Shown here: positions 37,974-47,362 of the stretch, piece after piece
How the letters are laid out: each line of letters starts with the position of its first letter
How positions within the stretch are numbered: the first letter of the stretch is position 1
The notes under the pieces: model-generated
Database searches by the model: none
Told to the model about the DNA's origin: nothing
What the model saw: only the letters and a program-made list of their open reading frames with translations
Position numbers and translations under genes: made by a program
IMG/VR virus record: IMGVR_UViG_3300014494_000005
Location: 62,001-126,000 of that record
Direction: 5' to 3' (one strand)
DNA: 64,000 bases

Positions 37974-38921
37974 TTATTGTTTGAAAAAAGTTTTTCTTTG
38001 AACAAGATTTTTTTCATTTTCTTTAACCATTGTAGGTGTTTTATTTATATTTGGTTGTTTTTTCATGACCGAATCTTTTTGTTGTTTAATGAAACTTTGT
38101 TCTGCAGGTACGGTTGTTTTTGTTGTTCTAACCAATTTATCATAAAGATTTGTTAATTTTCCAACAATTGCTTCTGGTGGAAGTTTATCTTTTTGAGCAA
38201 TATCAACAAGATGAAAATCTCCTTTTTTATCAATAGCAACTAAATATCTATCAGGTGATTTTTTCATAACTCTTTTAGCCACATCATATAAATTTTGAAT
38301 ATCTTTTGCTGTTGCATCTCTTTTTTGCTTACCAGCATTATAAAATTTCTTAAATTTATTTGTTTGTGTATCAAATTGTGATTTATCTACTTTTGCTGCA
38401 ACAACTGAAGGTGCTGCAACCTTACCTAAACCTTTTGTTTGTACTGATTTTGGCTCTTTTGGTGAAACGGAAGCAATAATATTTGTCATTTGTTTATCGT
38501 TTTGATTATATAATGGTGGAATCATTACATTACCATCTTCATCAACAAAACGTTTTCCTGTTGGATATGCTGAACTAATTTTGTCTACAAGAAATAATCT
38601 CCAACCAGCTTTTTCTTTACCATCATTATCTCTATGGTATTCATGGTCAATTCTTTTTCTTGGACTATCTGCTCTAAGACTATCACTTTTACCTTTATCT
38701 TGCCATGCCCTCAAAACTTTATTACCTGCAGTACTTGTACCTAATACAAATGGTCGTATTGTTCGATAACCTCTTTCAATTGTATTATCACCAGCATAAT
38801 AAATATAAATATACTCATGATTTTGAATTGCATTGACAATATCATTCTCACCGACACCTTCTTTTAAAAGATGACGAAAATTTTTAATATTATTGAATAA
38901 TATTTTAATTTCAGTTAACAT
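37974..38921 (-). CDS. WYL-like (Sm/SH3-fold) domain protein
   Basis: IYIYYAG......RTIRPFVLG......VLRAWQ...WRLFLVDKISS. Start moved to MLTE (38921). Confidence 0.6.
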   Translation of the reverse strand: MLTEIKILFNNIKNFRHLLKEGVGENDIVNAIQNHEYIYIYYAGDNTIERGYRTIRPFVLGTSTAGNKVLRAWQDKGKSDSLRADSPRKRIDHEYHRDNDGKEKAGWRLFLVDKISSAYPTGKRFVDEDGNVMIPPLYNQNDKQMTNIIASVSPKEPKSVQTKGLGKVAAPSVVAAKVDKSQFDTQTNKFKKFYNAGKQKRDATAKDIQNLYDVAKRVMKKSPDRYLVAIDKKGDFHLVDIAQKDKLPPEAIVGKLTNLYDKLVRTTKTTVPAEQSFIKQQKDSVMKKQPNINKTPTMVKENEKNLVQRKTFFKQ

Positions 38922-38926
38922 TATAA

Positions 38927-39208
38927 TTATGCTGTTGCTGAACAATATTCGTGTCCCGGAATATAACGTTTACTGTTTTTTGCAATTGAACAAGTTCTAT
39001 CTGCAATATCTTCATTAGTACCAATTGGAGCACCCGGTGTTTGTGGGTCTCTACCTTTACAATCGCCATCAGAAATTGTGTCTGGACTTCCTGCACAATA
39101 TTCTTTAGCACAAGTATAACGACCTGAATTCCTAACAAGATTTTCATCTCTAAAACTTGCACTATTTACTAATAGTCTACTACTATTATCACATGTAATA
39201 TCTGCCAT
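38927..39208 (-). CDS. Small putative virion protein
   Basis: 93 aa, P..ISDGD.KG...IGT..DI..R pattern, six Cys; upstream motif 39241. Confidence 0.55.
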   Translation of the reverse strand: MADITCDNSSRLLVNSASFRDENLVRNSGRYTCAKEYCAGSPDTISDGDCKGRDPQTPGAPIGTNEDIADRTCSIAKNSKRYIPGHEYCSATA

Positions 39209-39240
39209 TTTTTATGTTTTAATTTTTTATTATTATTTAC

Positions 39241-39249
39241 TATAAATAG
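39241..39249 (-). promoter_or_regulatory. Variant motif (sense CTATTTATA)
   Basis: 33 nt before ATG 39208. Confidence 0.6.
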
Positions 39250-39261
39250 TTCTAAACTAAA

Positions 39262-40044
39262 TTATTTTTCATCTTCATATGACTTAAACACAAGTGTAAT
39301 ATATTCTATTAAATGAGGTACAATATCTAAATATTTCATTTCAGAAACACTATACCAACCATATTTTGTATTTTCATCATTTAATTTAACATCTGTTTCT
39401 TCACCAGTATATCTACAAGCAAATACATGTTCAATACTATCAGTATGTCTTTGAATACTAAATGTTTTTATAAATTTTTTAATTTCTAATTTAGTTTCTT
39501 CAAGAATTTCTCTTTCAATCGCTTGTTGTGGTTTTTCACCCTTTTTAATTTCACCGCCAACTAATGACCATTTATTTGGCATCCAAATTTTACTATCATC
39601 TGCTCTTTTAAGTAATAAAATTTTGTTATTATTATTAACAATTACTGCAACTGCGTTTTTTTTTAATTCTTTCTTTTCTTCATTTAACCTTGGTGTTTGA
39701 TATGGCATTAATTCTGAATTAGGATTTGTTGTCATATCTTGTTTAATTTTTTTTGACCTTTCAATACTTGCACGGTCTTGATTTAATGTTGTTTCAATAA
39801 AATTTTTCATTAAATCACCGCCAGCAAGTGCGTATTGTATTTTATCTCCAGTTTGTGGATTAAAATAATCAAAAAAATTCTTTAATCTTTTTAATGCTTG
39901 ATATGTCAAAACACCGTTTTTAAGTATAAAATTAGCTCGTTTTAGACCATCTGTATCTGAAGTGGATGCTTTTGCTATCTCAATACTTTTAAGTATATTT
40001 TGAGGTATATAATATTGTTTATTTAGTAATTCTTGATTTGCCAT
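39262..40044 (-). CDS. Two-domain protein: N-terminal unknown + Nudix hydrolase
   Basis: Nudix box GGEIKKGEKPQQAIEREILEETKL; ILLLKRA; W.LVGG. Confidence 0.85.
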   Translation of the reverse strand: MANQELLNKQYYIPQNILKSIEIAKASTSDTDGLKRANFILKNGVLTYQALKRLKNFFDYFNPQTGDKIQYALAGGDLMKNFIETTLNQDRASIERSKKIKQDMTTNPNSELMPYQTPRLNEEKKELKKNAVAVIVNNNNKILLLKRADDSKIWMPNKWSLVGGEIKKGEKPQQAIEREILEETKLEIKKFIKTFSIQRHTDSIEHVFACRYTGEETDVKLNDENTKYGWYSVSEMKYLDIVPHLIEYITLVFKSYEDEK

Positions 40045-41285
40045 TATGATGTCATTATATTAACTGTAGATTTATTTATTATTCTTATCATATCTTTAAT
40101 TTTATCACAAGTAATATTAATTTGATTATCAATATCTTTCAAAAATTCTTTTTCATTAATTCTTATAATATGACAATTGTGTTTTTCCTTAAGATAATTT
40201 TCACGTATAATATCTCTTTCTTTACATTTTATTTTATTATGATTAATTTCATCCCATTCAATACATATATTATATTTCTCAATATAACCATCCACCCAAT
40301 ATCTTATAAATTTTTTCTCACCGCCATTTAATGCATGTTGAATTGGTAAACCTAGCTTTTCGGAAATCATATCTAAATAAATTATTGAATTCGCATTATA
40401 TGATGGAACACGTTTTTTCCAAATTTCACCATATCTTTCAATCATAGTATTTACAATTTTTTCTGAAACCAATTTATTTTGTGAGGGATATTCAACACCA
40501 AATCTTTCTAAACTCGTTTTTTTTATTTTATCTTTAATCTCTAAAGAAGAATTTGGATTCTTCACACCATATCTTTTCAAATTTGTTTTATTTGCCTTTT
40601 CTTTAACATTTTTATTCAATAATGAACATTCAACACCATATTTAATTAAATTAGTTCTTTTAATTTTTTCTTTGGTATCAGATGATTGTAAATTATATTC
40701 AACACCAAATTTTTTCAAACATGTTTGTTTTTTCTTTTCTTTAATTTTGGCAGATTGTGAATTATGTTCAACACCAAATTTTAATAAATTGGTTTGTTTT
40801 ATTTTATTTTTAGTATCTTTACACAATAAATTTGTTGTTGTGCCAAATTTTTTCAAACATGTTTGTTTTCTCTTTTCTCTAACTTCTGCTAATTGTGATT
40901 GATGCTCAACACCATGTTTTTCGAAAAATAATTTTTTTCTTTTTTCTTGTACTTCTAGTGATTGTAATGGATTTTCAACGCCATATTTTTTCAAATAACC
41001 TTGTTTTATTCTATTTTTAATATCCTCATCAGAACCTTTACATTTTACTGAACAATGCGTAGTATAACCTCTATTAAATTTTATAAATTTAACTAAATTA
41101 CCACACTTACATTTCGGTAATTCAGATATATTATTTAGATAATTAAATAACATTTGTCCCCAATTTGTTATCTTAAAATTTTTGTTAAATTCTATTATGT
41201 TATTAAGTTCATTAGGAAATTCAGTTCTTATTTGCGAAATTCCTTTATAACCACCATCTAAAAAATTTAAAAAATTATTATTCAT
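40044..41285 (-). CDS. Homing-endonuclease-like protein with KQT.LKKFGV repeats and C-terminal PD-(D/E)XK-like domain
   Basis: About 8 repeats K.KQTCLKKFGV....QS..IK; C-terminal YWVDGYIEKYNICIEWDE..H. Confidence 0.7.
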   Translation of the reverse strand: MNNNFLNFLDGGYKGISQIRTEFPNELNNIIEFNKNFKITNWGQMLFNYLNNISELPKCKCGNLVKFIKFNRGYTTHCSVKCKGSDEDIKNRIKQGYLKKYGVENPLQSLEVQEKRKKLFFEKHGVEHQSQLAEVREKRKQTCLKKFGTTTNLLCKDTKNKIKQTNLLKFGVEHNSQSAKIKEKKKQTCLKKFGVEYNLQSSDTKEKIKRTNLIKYGVECSLLNKNVKEKANKTNLKRYGVKNPNSSLEIKDKIKKTSLERFGVEYPSQNKLVSEKIVNTMIERYGEIWKKRVPSYNANSIIYLDMISEKLGLPIQHALNGGEKKFIRYWVDGYIEKYNICIEWDEINHNKIKCKERDIIRENYLKEKHNCHIIRINEKEFLKDIDNQINITCDKIKDMIRIINKSTVNIMTS

Positions 41286-41916
41286 TTTTTCTTTCTAATA
41301 AATTTATTAATTTGTCAATATCTTTTTTATCAAGTTTATTAATTAAACCCGCAACTTTTTGAAGTTTTTTGTCTTTAATTTCTTCATCTTCTGATTTCTT
41401 TGACATTTCATCTTCAGATTTTTTATTAACAAGTTTGTCTTCTTCTACTTTCGATTCAGTAATTGAATTCACCTCATCAATTGGTTCTTTAAATGCTTTT
41501 TCAAAATGTGGTTCCATTAATTTAATTATTTTTTTGGACCATTCTATATCTGCTTTCTGACATTCCTCTGAATGTCCACCTTCACTTGCTTTTCTATAAT
41601 CACTTTTTAATTTATTTGGATTTTTATAAAAATATTGTAAATCCTTCATATATTTTTCATGAACAAGTTCAGCCAAATCTTTTAATAATTCTATTTGACT
41701 ATCATTTTCTTTTCCTTCCATGAATGGTAGTAAGGAAAAACCTAGGCGACCTAAGAAATCATATCTAAAGGGTTGCGTACCAATTTTAGAATTATAGTCT
41801 GTAGTATTATTAGCTTGACTTTCTAAATCACTGCCATTTGTAGGTATATCGTTCTTACCAATTAACTCACCATTCGAATCAATTATTTCGAGTAAGTCTT
41901 TCTTTTTTAATTTCAT
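41278..41916 (-). CDS. Hypothetical protein (possible head-internal protein)
   Basis: 212 aa; leader MKLKKKDLLE; own upstream motif. Confidence 0.65.
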   Translation of the reverse strand: MKLKKKDLLEIIDSNGELIGKNDIPTNGSDLESQANNTTDYNSKIGTQPFRYDFLGRLGFSLLPFMEGKENDSQIELLKDLAELVHEKYMKDLQYFYKNPNKLKSDYRKASEGGHSEECQKADIEWSKKIIKLMEPHFEKAFKEPIDEVNSITESKVEEDKLVNKKSEDEMSKKSEDEEIKDKKLQKVAGLINKLDKKDIDKLINLLERKNE

Positions 41917-41930
41917 ATAATTAATTTAAA

Positions 41931-41939
41931 TATAAATAC
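41931..41939 (-). promoter_or_regulatory. Phage GTATTTATA upstream motif
   Basis: 15 nt before ATG 41916. Confidence 0.7.
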
Positions 41940-41947
41940 TCTTTATA

Positions 41948-44900
41948 TTAAGATTCACCATCATCAACATCTAAAAATTCTGCTGCTTCTTCCTCACCAT
42001 TTTCATGTTTTTCAATAACAAAATCTTCAAATGCTTCATCAGAATGTTCCATTTCAGCAAATACCCATTCCATAGTTTTATCTAATGGAATTTCGTATTT
42101 TTGTTTGAATTCTGCAAACGCAGTCATTCTAAATTTTCTTTCTTTTTCTAAAAACAATTCTCTATCACTTTTAGTTGCCAATTCAGTAATTTTTAATTCT
42201 TGAAGTTTCTTTTGATGTTCTTCTCTTTGTTTGTCAAGTTCAAGTTCAATTTGACTTTTAGGAATATCAACATTACTTCTGATTATTTGAATATAAACAC
42301 CATTATACAAACCAACATGATAATCACAACCATCTTTTACAAGTACTAAATCGCCTTCTTTATATTCATCATTTATTGATTTGATTCTTGGCTTATTACT
42401 TATTGTCATTTTTTCATTAAGATAAATTAATGCATTATCATATATTTCATAATGAACGCAATATTCTTCATTCATTTTAAAACCATTCCAAATCTTTCTT
42501 GGGTCATATCCGGTTTTATTCCAGAAATCAACTTCAAGGTCTTCCAAATGCATTGATTCATCAAAATTATCCGAATCAAAATTTCTTAATACTAATTCAT
42601 CAAGTAATGGACTAAAATCTGCTTTTATTAAATTATCTTCTTTATCCATTTTAACTAATATTTTTTTCTGAACATCTGGTGCAAATCCAACCAAAAGTGT
42701 TTCAACTCTTTTATTAAAAGCATCGAGATATTTCGCATAATTATAAACCCCTGTCATATTTGGATTTTGTTGAAGGTCTTCATTATTAATTAATGTGGCA
42801 CAATATCTTTCTTCACCAGTAATTTTATCAATAATTTTACGTGAATCTCCATGAGATTTTTTATATCCACTATTTACATAATATACCACGCTATCTAATT
42901 CAGGTTCTGCTGGCATGTAATTAGCAATTAACTTCATTTTATCATCAATAGTGGGTTCTTTTTTTAATTTTTCAAGATTAAGACTATCTTTATGCTTTTC
43001 AAAAAGTTCTTCTCCAATTTTTTCACGTTTTTCAATTAATAATTCCATATGTGCTTGCATGCCCTTTTCTCTACCATTTTTATCATCACCTCTTTTTTTA
43101 TAAGCACTTAAAGTTTTTTTAATTTTACTCTTACTTGCAATTTTCTTTAAAGGAATTCTCATATAACGAATATCATCAGCATAATCATAATAATACTTTA
43201 CAAATTCTTTACCTTGACCATGAAGAATCATTTTTAATCCCTCATCAATAAATTCTTCAATATATTCAGGCATTACTTTAGACTTGATAGTATTACCAGT
43301 TAATTTAATTTTTTCTTTCATTTCACCAGTTTTCTTATCTTTAGCCATTGAAAGTGTACCATAATTAATACGTGAAAGATTTAAACAAGAAATACTTTTG
43401 CCATCGTTATCTATGCTTATATAATTAGTTTTATTTGATGTATTACTTTGAAACTCTTCCTTATTATATTTTTCAATAAGTGCATCAATACCTACTTTAT
43501 CATCATACTTCCACATTTCTTCAATTGTACCATCGTAATCCATTATTCCTTCAATTGCTCCATTTAAACTAATATTAGTTCTTTCAGGATATTGAAAATT
43601 AATACCATCAGTAACCGCAAGTAATGCAATACAACCATATTTACTAAACCAATTAATTGCATGTCTTAAATGAATTCTACCCACACAAGTAATTCTTGCT
43701 GCACAAACATTATCTGACCAGTTAAATGAAATATTCGAACCCAATGCACCAAATAATGAATTATTTAAAATCTTAATAGGTAATTGTTTGACTTTAGACA
43801 TTGCAACATCTGCTGCAGTAAGTTCATTATTAATATATTTCACATGTATTTCAGGGTCAATTTGTCTTAACAATTCAACTTCTTCCTTATCCAATTTAGT
43901 ACTATTTGCCAATTTTTTGTAAATATTACGAGTAGTTGTAAGATAAAGTAATAATTTTTTCATAACACCTGTAATATCAAAAATTGGAAATACTCCTTCT
44001 GTTAATTGAATCATAGGATAAAGACTGGCATAATCAATTTTAATAATACGTTTTGAATATCCTGTTTTATAACATCTTGCTAAACCACCACTAAATTTTT
44101 CATATTTATCTGATTGAGGTATTGCCAAATCATTTTCATAACTCCACGCAGTCATAAGCAAATTCCATATTGCTGCAGTACCCATTGTACAAATACGTTG
44201 ATATGTAGTAGGTACTATTTTAGCAAGCATAAATGATGATTGATTATATAATTCATCGACTTGTTCTGTTTCCCACAAGTCATCAAGAAGATATTGTTTT
44301 ACAAGTTTCTTACCACCAATAAATATAATTAAATTTTTTGGAAGTGCTTCTATTTTAAACCAATCTATAAAACCCTTACATTCATCAAGATATGTCTTTT
44401 TTAATACTTTATATTGTTCATCATCAAAATTGGTTTTATTAATTTGAAGTTTGTATAAATTTCTTGATACTTCCTGATATTCATCAGGTACTTGAACATA
44501 ATTATTTTTTTCATCGATAAGAAATATTTTATTTTCATTATAATATTTACCAATTGAATTATCTTCTCCTTCGATATATGTTCTATTCTGTCTTGCCAAT
44601 TTTTCAAACTTTGCAATATATTTTAATCCTGTTGATTTTAAATCAGAATTTACTGCTGCAGTTCGTTTTGCAGCATGTAATGTATCAATAATTGAATATC
44701 CCCACATTTCTGTAGCAGTATATTTGTCAGCAGTGTTACCATACTTAACAGAAACATTACCTCTTCTTTTTAATTGTATTCCTTCTTTAAGTCCGGTAGG
44801 TACTTCAGTTAAATCCATTTTTAATAATTTTGCTCTACCTAGAATAAAGTCAAAATCGAATGTTTCAGAATTATGTCCTAAAATAACTGCTGGATGTAAA

Positions 44901-45619
44901 TGATTAATTAAATTAAAAAAATCTTGAATTAGTCGAATTTCAGATTCATCATCATTTGTTTTATCTACTTCCAGAATTGTTTCAAAACCACGATTATCTC
45001 TAACCCCAATTGCAAATACTCTGGCAATTTGATAACGTAAACCAGTGGTTTCAATATCAAATGTTAATTTATGAACATTTTTATATTCTTCATATCCTTT
45101 ATAAAGTCTTGTTTGTGTTGAAATAAAAAATTGTTCAGTTGTTCTTGGTGCATAAAACAAATCCCTATATAAATAAATTGGTTCACCTTTTTTATCTTTA
45201 ACTATCTGGTCATTATCATCAATTAATTTTTCATATGGGTCAATACCACCATCTTTAAAATAATTTCTAATATCATTATATGACCTACTACTGGTTATTT
45301 TATAACAATAACCTTCCACTAATCTTTTTTGATTACCAGTTTTTAATGGAATAATAGTAATTCCATATTTAATTTTTTTACTTTCAATATATTGTTCAGA
45401 TTGACCTTCATATAATTTCTTTACTTTTGATAAATCTTTCATATAAAGAAATGGAATATATTTAATGTTTTCTATTCTTGATTCTTTATTTGGTTCATGT
45501 ATTATGCATTGGGCAATATTTGTTCTTGGGTCGGTTTCAACATTAACTAAATATTTTAAATCATTATTATAACCTTCAAGAAATCCTTTAATTTCACCCA
45601 ATATGTTTTGTTTATTCAT
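41948..45619 (-). CDS. polB: Family B DNA polymerase with 3'-5' exonuclease
   Basis: Exo I FDIETTG, Exo II GHNSETFDFDFI, Exo III Y..DD; motif A IDYASLYPMI; motif B KILNNSLFG; motif C AVTDG. Confidence 0.95.
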   Translation of the reverse strand: MNKQNILGEIKGFLEGYNNDLKYLVNVETDPRTNIAQCIIHEPNKESRIENIKYIPFLYMKDLSKVKKLYEGQSEQYIESKKIKYGITIIPLKTGNQKRLVEGYCYKITSSRSYNDIRNYFKDGGIDPYEKLIDDNDQIVKDKKGEPIYLYRDLFYAPRTTEQFFISTQTRLYKGYEEYKNVHKLTFDIETTGLRYQIARVFAIGVRDNRGFETILEVDKTNDDESEIRLIQDFFNLINHLHPAVILGHNSETFDFDFILGRAKLLKMDLTEVPTGLKEGIQLKRRGNVSVKYGNTADKYTATEMWGYSIIDTLHAAKRTAAVNSDLKSTGLKYIAKFEKLARQNRTYIEGEDNSIGKYYNENKIFLIDEKNNYVQVPDEYQEVSRNLYKLQINKTNFDDEQYKVLKKTYLDECKGFIDWFKIEALPKNLIIFIGGKKLVKQYLLDDLWETEQVDELYNQSSFMLAKIVPTTYQRICTMGTAAIWNLLMTAWSYENDLAIPQSDKYEKFSGGLARCYKTGYSKRIIKIDYASLYPMIQLTEGVFPIFDITGVMKKLLLYLTTTRNIYKKLANSTKLDKEEVELLRQIDPEIHVKYINNELTAADVAMSKVKQLPIKILNNSLFGALGSNISFNWSDNVCAARITCVGRIHLRHAINWFSKYGCIALLAVTDGINFQYPERTNISLNGAIEGIMDYDGTIEEMWKYDDKVGIDALIEKYNKEEFQSNTSNKTNYISIDNDGKSISCLNLSRINYGTLSMAKDKKTGEMKEKIKLTGNTIKSKVMPEYIEEFIDEGLKMILHGQGKEFVKYYYDYADDIRYMRIPLKKIASKSKIKKTLSAYKKRGDDKNGREKGMQAHMELLIEKREKIGEELFEKHKDSLNLEKLKKEPTIDDKMKLIANYMPAEPELDSVVYYVNSGYKKSHGDSRKIIDKITGEERYCATLINNEDLQQNPNMTGVYNYAKYLDAFNKRVETLLVGFAPDVQKKILVKMDKEDNLIKADFSPLLDELVLRNFDSDNFDESMHLEDLEVDFWNKTGYDPRKIWNGFKMNEEYCVHYEIYDNALIYLNEKMTISNKPRIKSINDEYKEGDLVLVKDGCDYHVGLYNGVYIQIIRSNVDIPKSQIELELDKQREEHQKKLQELKITELATKSDRELFLEKERKFRMTAFAEFKQKYEIPLDKTMEWVFAEMEHSDEAFEDFVIEKHENGEEEAAEFLDVDDGES

Positions 45620-45627
45620 TTTTAATG

Positions 45628-45990
45628 TTATTTATTTAACGTAACATATTTCAACGTTTTAGTTTTGTTATTAAAAGTATATATTTTATCACCATATTTA
45701 TATTTATTGTCTTTCATTACCATGCTGGGATTTTCCATTAAAATACCTATACTCCAAAGACTTGTTGGTAAATTATTTGCAATAAATTTATAATACTCTT
45801 TAGATTTTTTTATCTTAAAATCTAAATAAATTAAATCACCTTCATTTTTTAAATAAGGTTTAAAGATTTCAATGAAAATATTGTGAATTTCTTCCTTTAT
45901 ATTATCATCAGATATATTAGCATTTGATAATAACATATTTAATAAAACATCTCGAATTGGATTCATATTCCAAGTATAAAGTGTAGCCAT
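45628..45990 (-). CDS. Hypothetical protein
   Basis: 120-aa ORF coupled to neighbours. Confidence 0.6.
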   Translation of the reverse strand: MATLYTWNMNPIRDVLLNMLLSNANISDDNIKEEIHNIFIEIFKPYLKNEGDLIYLDFKIKKSKEYYKFIANNLPTSLWSIGILMENPSMVMKDNKYKYGDKIYTFNNKTKTLKYVTLNK

Positions 45991-45991
45991 G

Positions 45992-47128
45992 TTATATGGT
46001 TGTATTAATTAAATTTATAATATTATTTATTTTATTACAAACAATGTTAATTTGATTGTCAATATCTTTAAGAAATTCTTTTTCATTAATTCTTATAATA
46101 TGACAATTGTGCTTTTCTTTAAGAAAATTTTCTCTAATTAAATCACGTTCTTTTTGTTTTGTTTCGTTATGACTAATTTCATCCCATTCAATACAAATAT
46201 TATATTTTTCAATATATCCATCAACCCAATATCTTATAAATTTCTTTTCACCGCCATTTAATGCATGTTGTATTGGTAAACCCAATTTTTCTGAAATTAT
46301 ATCTAAATAAATTATTGAATTTGCATTATATTTGGGAGCGTGTTTTAGCCATAATTCACCATATCTTTCAATCATTGTGTTTTTTGCTTTTTCAGAATAT
46401 TTTTTATTCATAGTAATATTTTCAACACCGTATTTTTTAAGATTGGTTTGTTTTATCTTTTCTCTTACTTCTTTATTTTGTAGCGTATATTCACAGCCAT
46501 ATCTTTTTAAATTAGTTTGTTTTGTTTTTTCTTTAATTTCATTAGAATTAACTGGATTTTTATATCCATATCTTTCCAAATTGGTTTTTTCTGATTTTTC
46601 TTTAAATTCTTTAGTATTAAAAAAGTAATTAACACCATATTTTTTCAAATCATTTTGTTTTTTCTTTTCTTTAATTATATTAGATTGTGAATTATGTTTA
46701 CAACCAAATTTTTTTATAGTCGTTTCTTTTATTTTATTTTTGGTGTCTTCACATAATAAATTTGTTGTAACACCAAATTTTTTTAAACACGTTTGTCTTG
46801 TTTTTTGTTTAATTTCATCTGAATTAACTGGATTTTTATATCCATATTTTTTTAAATTTGTTTCATAATATTTATTAATTGAACATTTGTCTGAACATCC
46901 GTAATAACCACCAGATTTAATATTTTTATTATAAACCTTATATGTTAAATATTTTTCTTTTCCACATATATCACATTTAACATGAACCATACAATGACTT
47001 CCATTTTTTAAATCAGAAACTTTAATTAAAATTTTATTATTAATTTTTGTAAAAACATAACCTTTATTTTGATAATATTTTTTATTACTTGCATGCCATA
47101 TTGTTTCAACAAATTCATCCAATATCAT
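45992..47128 (-). CDS. Homing-endonuclease-like protein, paralog of 40044-41285
   Basis: N-terminal CDIC/C..C Zn module, KQT.LKKYG repeats, near-identical C-terminal domain. Confidence 0.7.
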   Translation of the reverse strand: MILDEFVETIWHASNKKYYQNKGYVFTKINNKILIKVSDLKNGSHCMVHVKCDICGKEKYLTYKVYNKNIKSGGYYGCSDKCSINKYYETNLKKYGYKNPVNSDEIKQKTRQTCLKKFGVTTNLLCEDTKNKIKETTIKKFGCKHNSQSNIIKEKKKQNDLKKYGVNYFFNTKEFKEKSEKTNLERYGYKNPVNSNEIKEKTKQTNLKRYGCEYTLQNKEVREKIKQTNLKKYGVENITMNKKYSEKAKNTMIERYGELWLKHAPKYNANSIIYLDIISEKLGLPIQHALNGGEKKFIRYWVDGYIEKYNICIEWDEISHNETKQKERDLIRENFLKEKHNCHIIRINEKEFLKDIDNQINIVCNKINNIINLINTTI

Positions 47129-47149
47129 TTCATATTTATTAACATAGTA

Positions 47150-47314
47150 TTATTTTTTTATTTCAATTTTACCTTCAATATCTTTTTCCATGAAAAACCT
47201 TAATCTTTTGGAAAGTGATAAGCCATTGTCATCACAAAATTTTTTATATTTTTCAGATAAAACTTTCGATATTTTAATCGTAATTGTATCAACTAATATT
47301 TTTTCTCTTTTCAT
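47150..47314 (-). CDS. Small ribbon-helix-helix protein (54 aa, absent from ORF track)
   Basis: Hand translation MKREKILVDTITIKISKVLSEKYKKFCDDNGLSLSKRLRFFMEKDIEGKIEIKK*; upstream motif 47334-47342. Confidence 0.7.
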   Translation of the reverse strand: MKREKILVDTITIKISKVLSEKYKKFCDDNGLSLSKRLRFFMEKDIEGKIEIKK

Positions 47315-47333
47315 ATTACTACTTATCTTTATA

Positions 47334-47342
47334 TATAAATAC
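47334..47342 (-). promoter_or_regulatory. Phage GTATTTATA upstream motif
   Basis: 20 nt before ATG 47314. Confidence 0.7.
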
Positions 47343-47362
47343 TTTTAATTTTTAAAATAATT

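Noticed and set aside
41948-45619. Intein or intron in the 1223-aa PolB
   Set aside because: No C/S...HN-C/S/T splice junctions or embedded LAGLIDADG motifs; the frame is continuous
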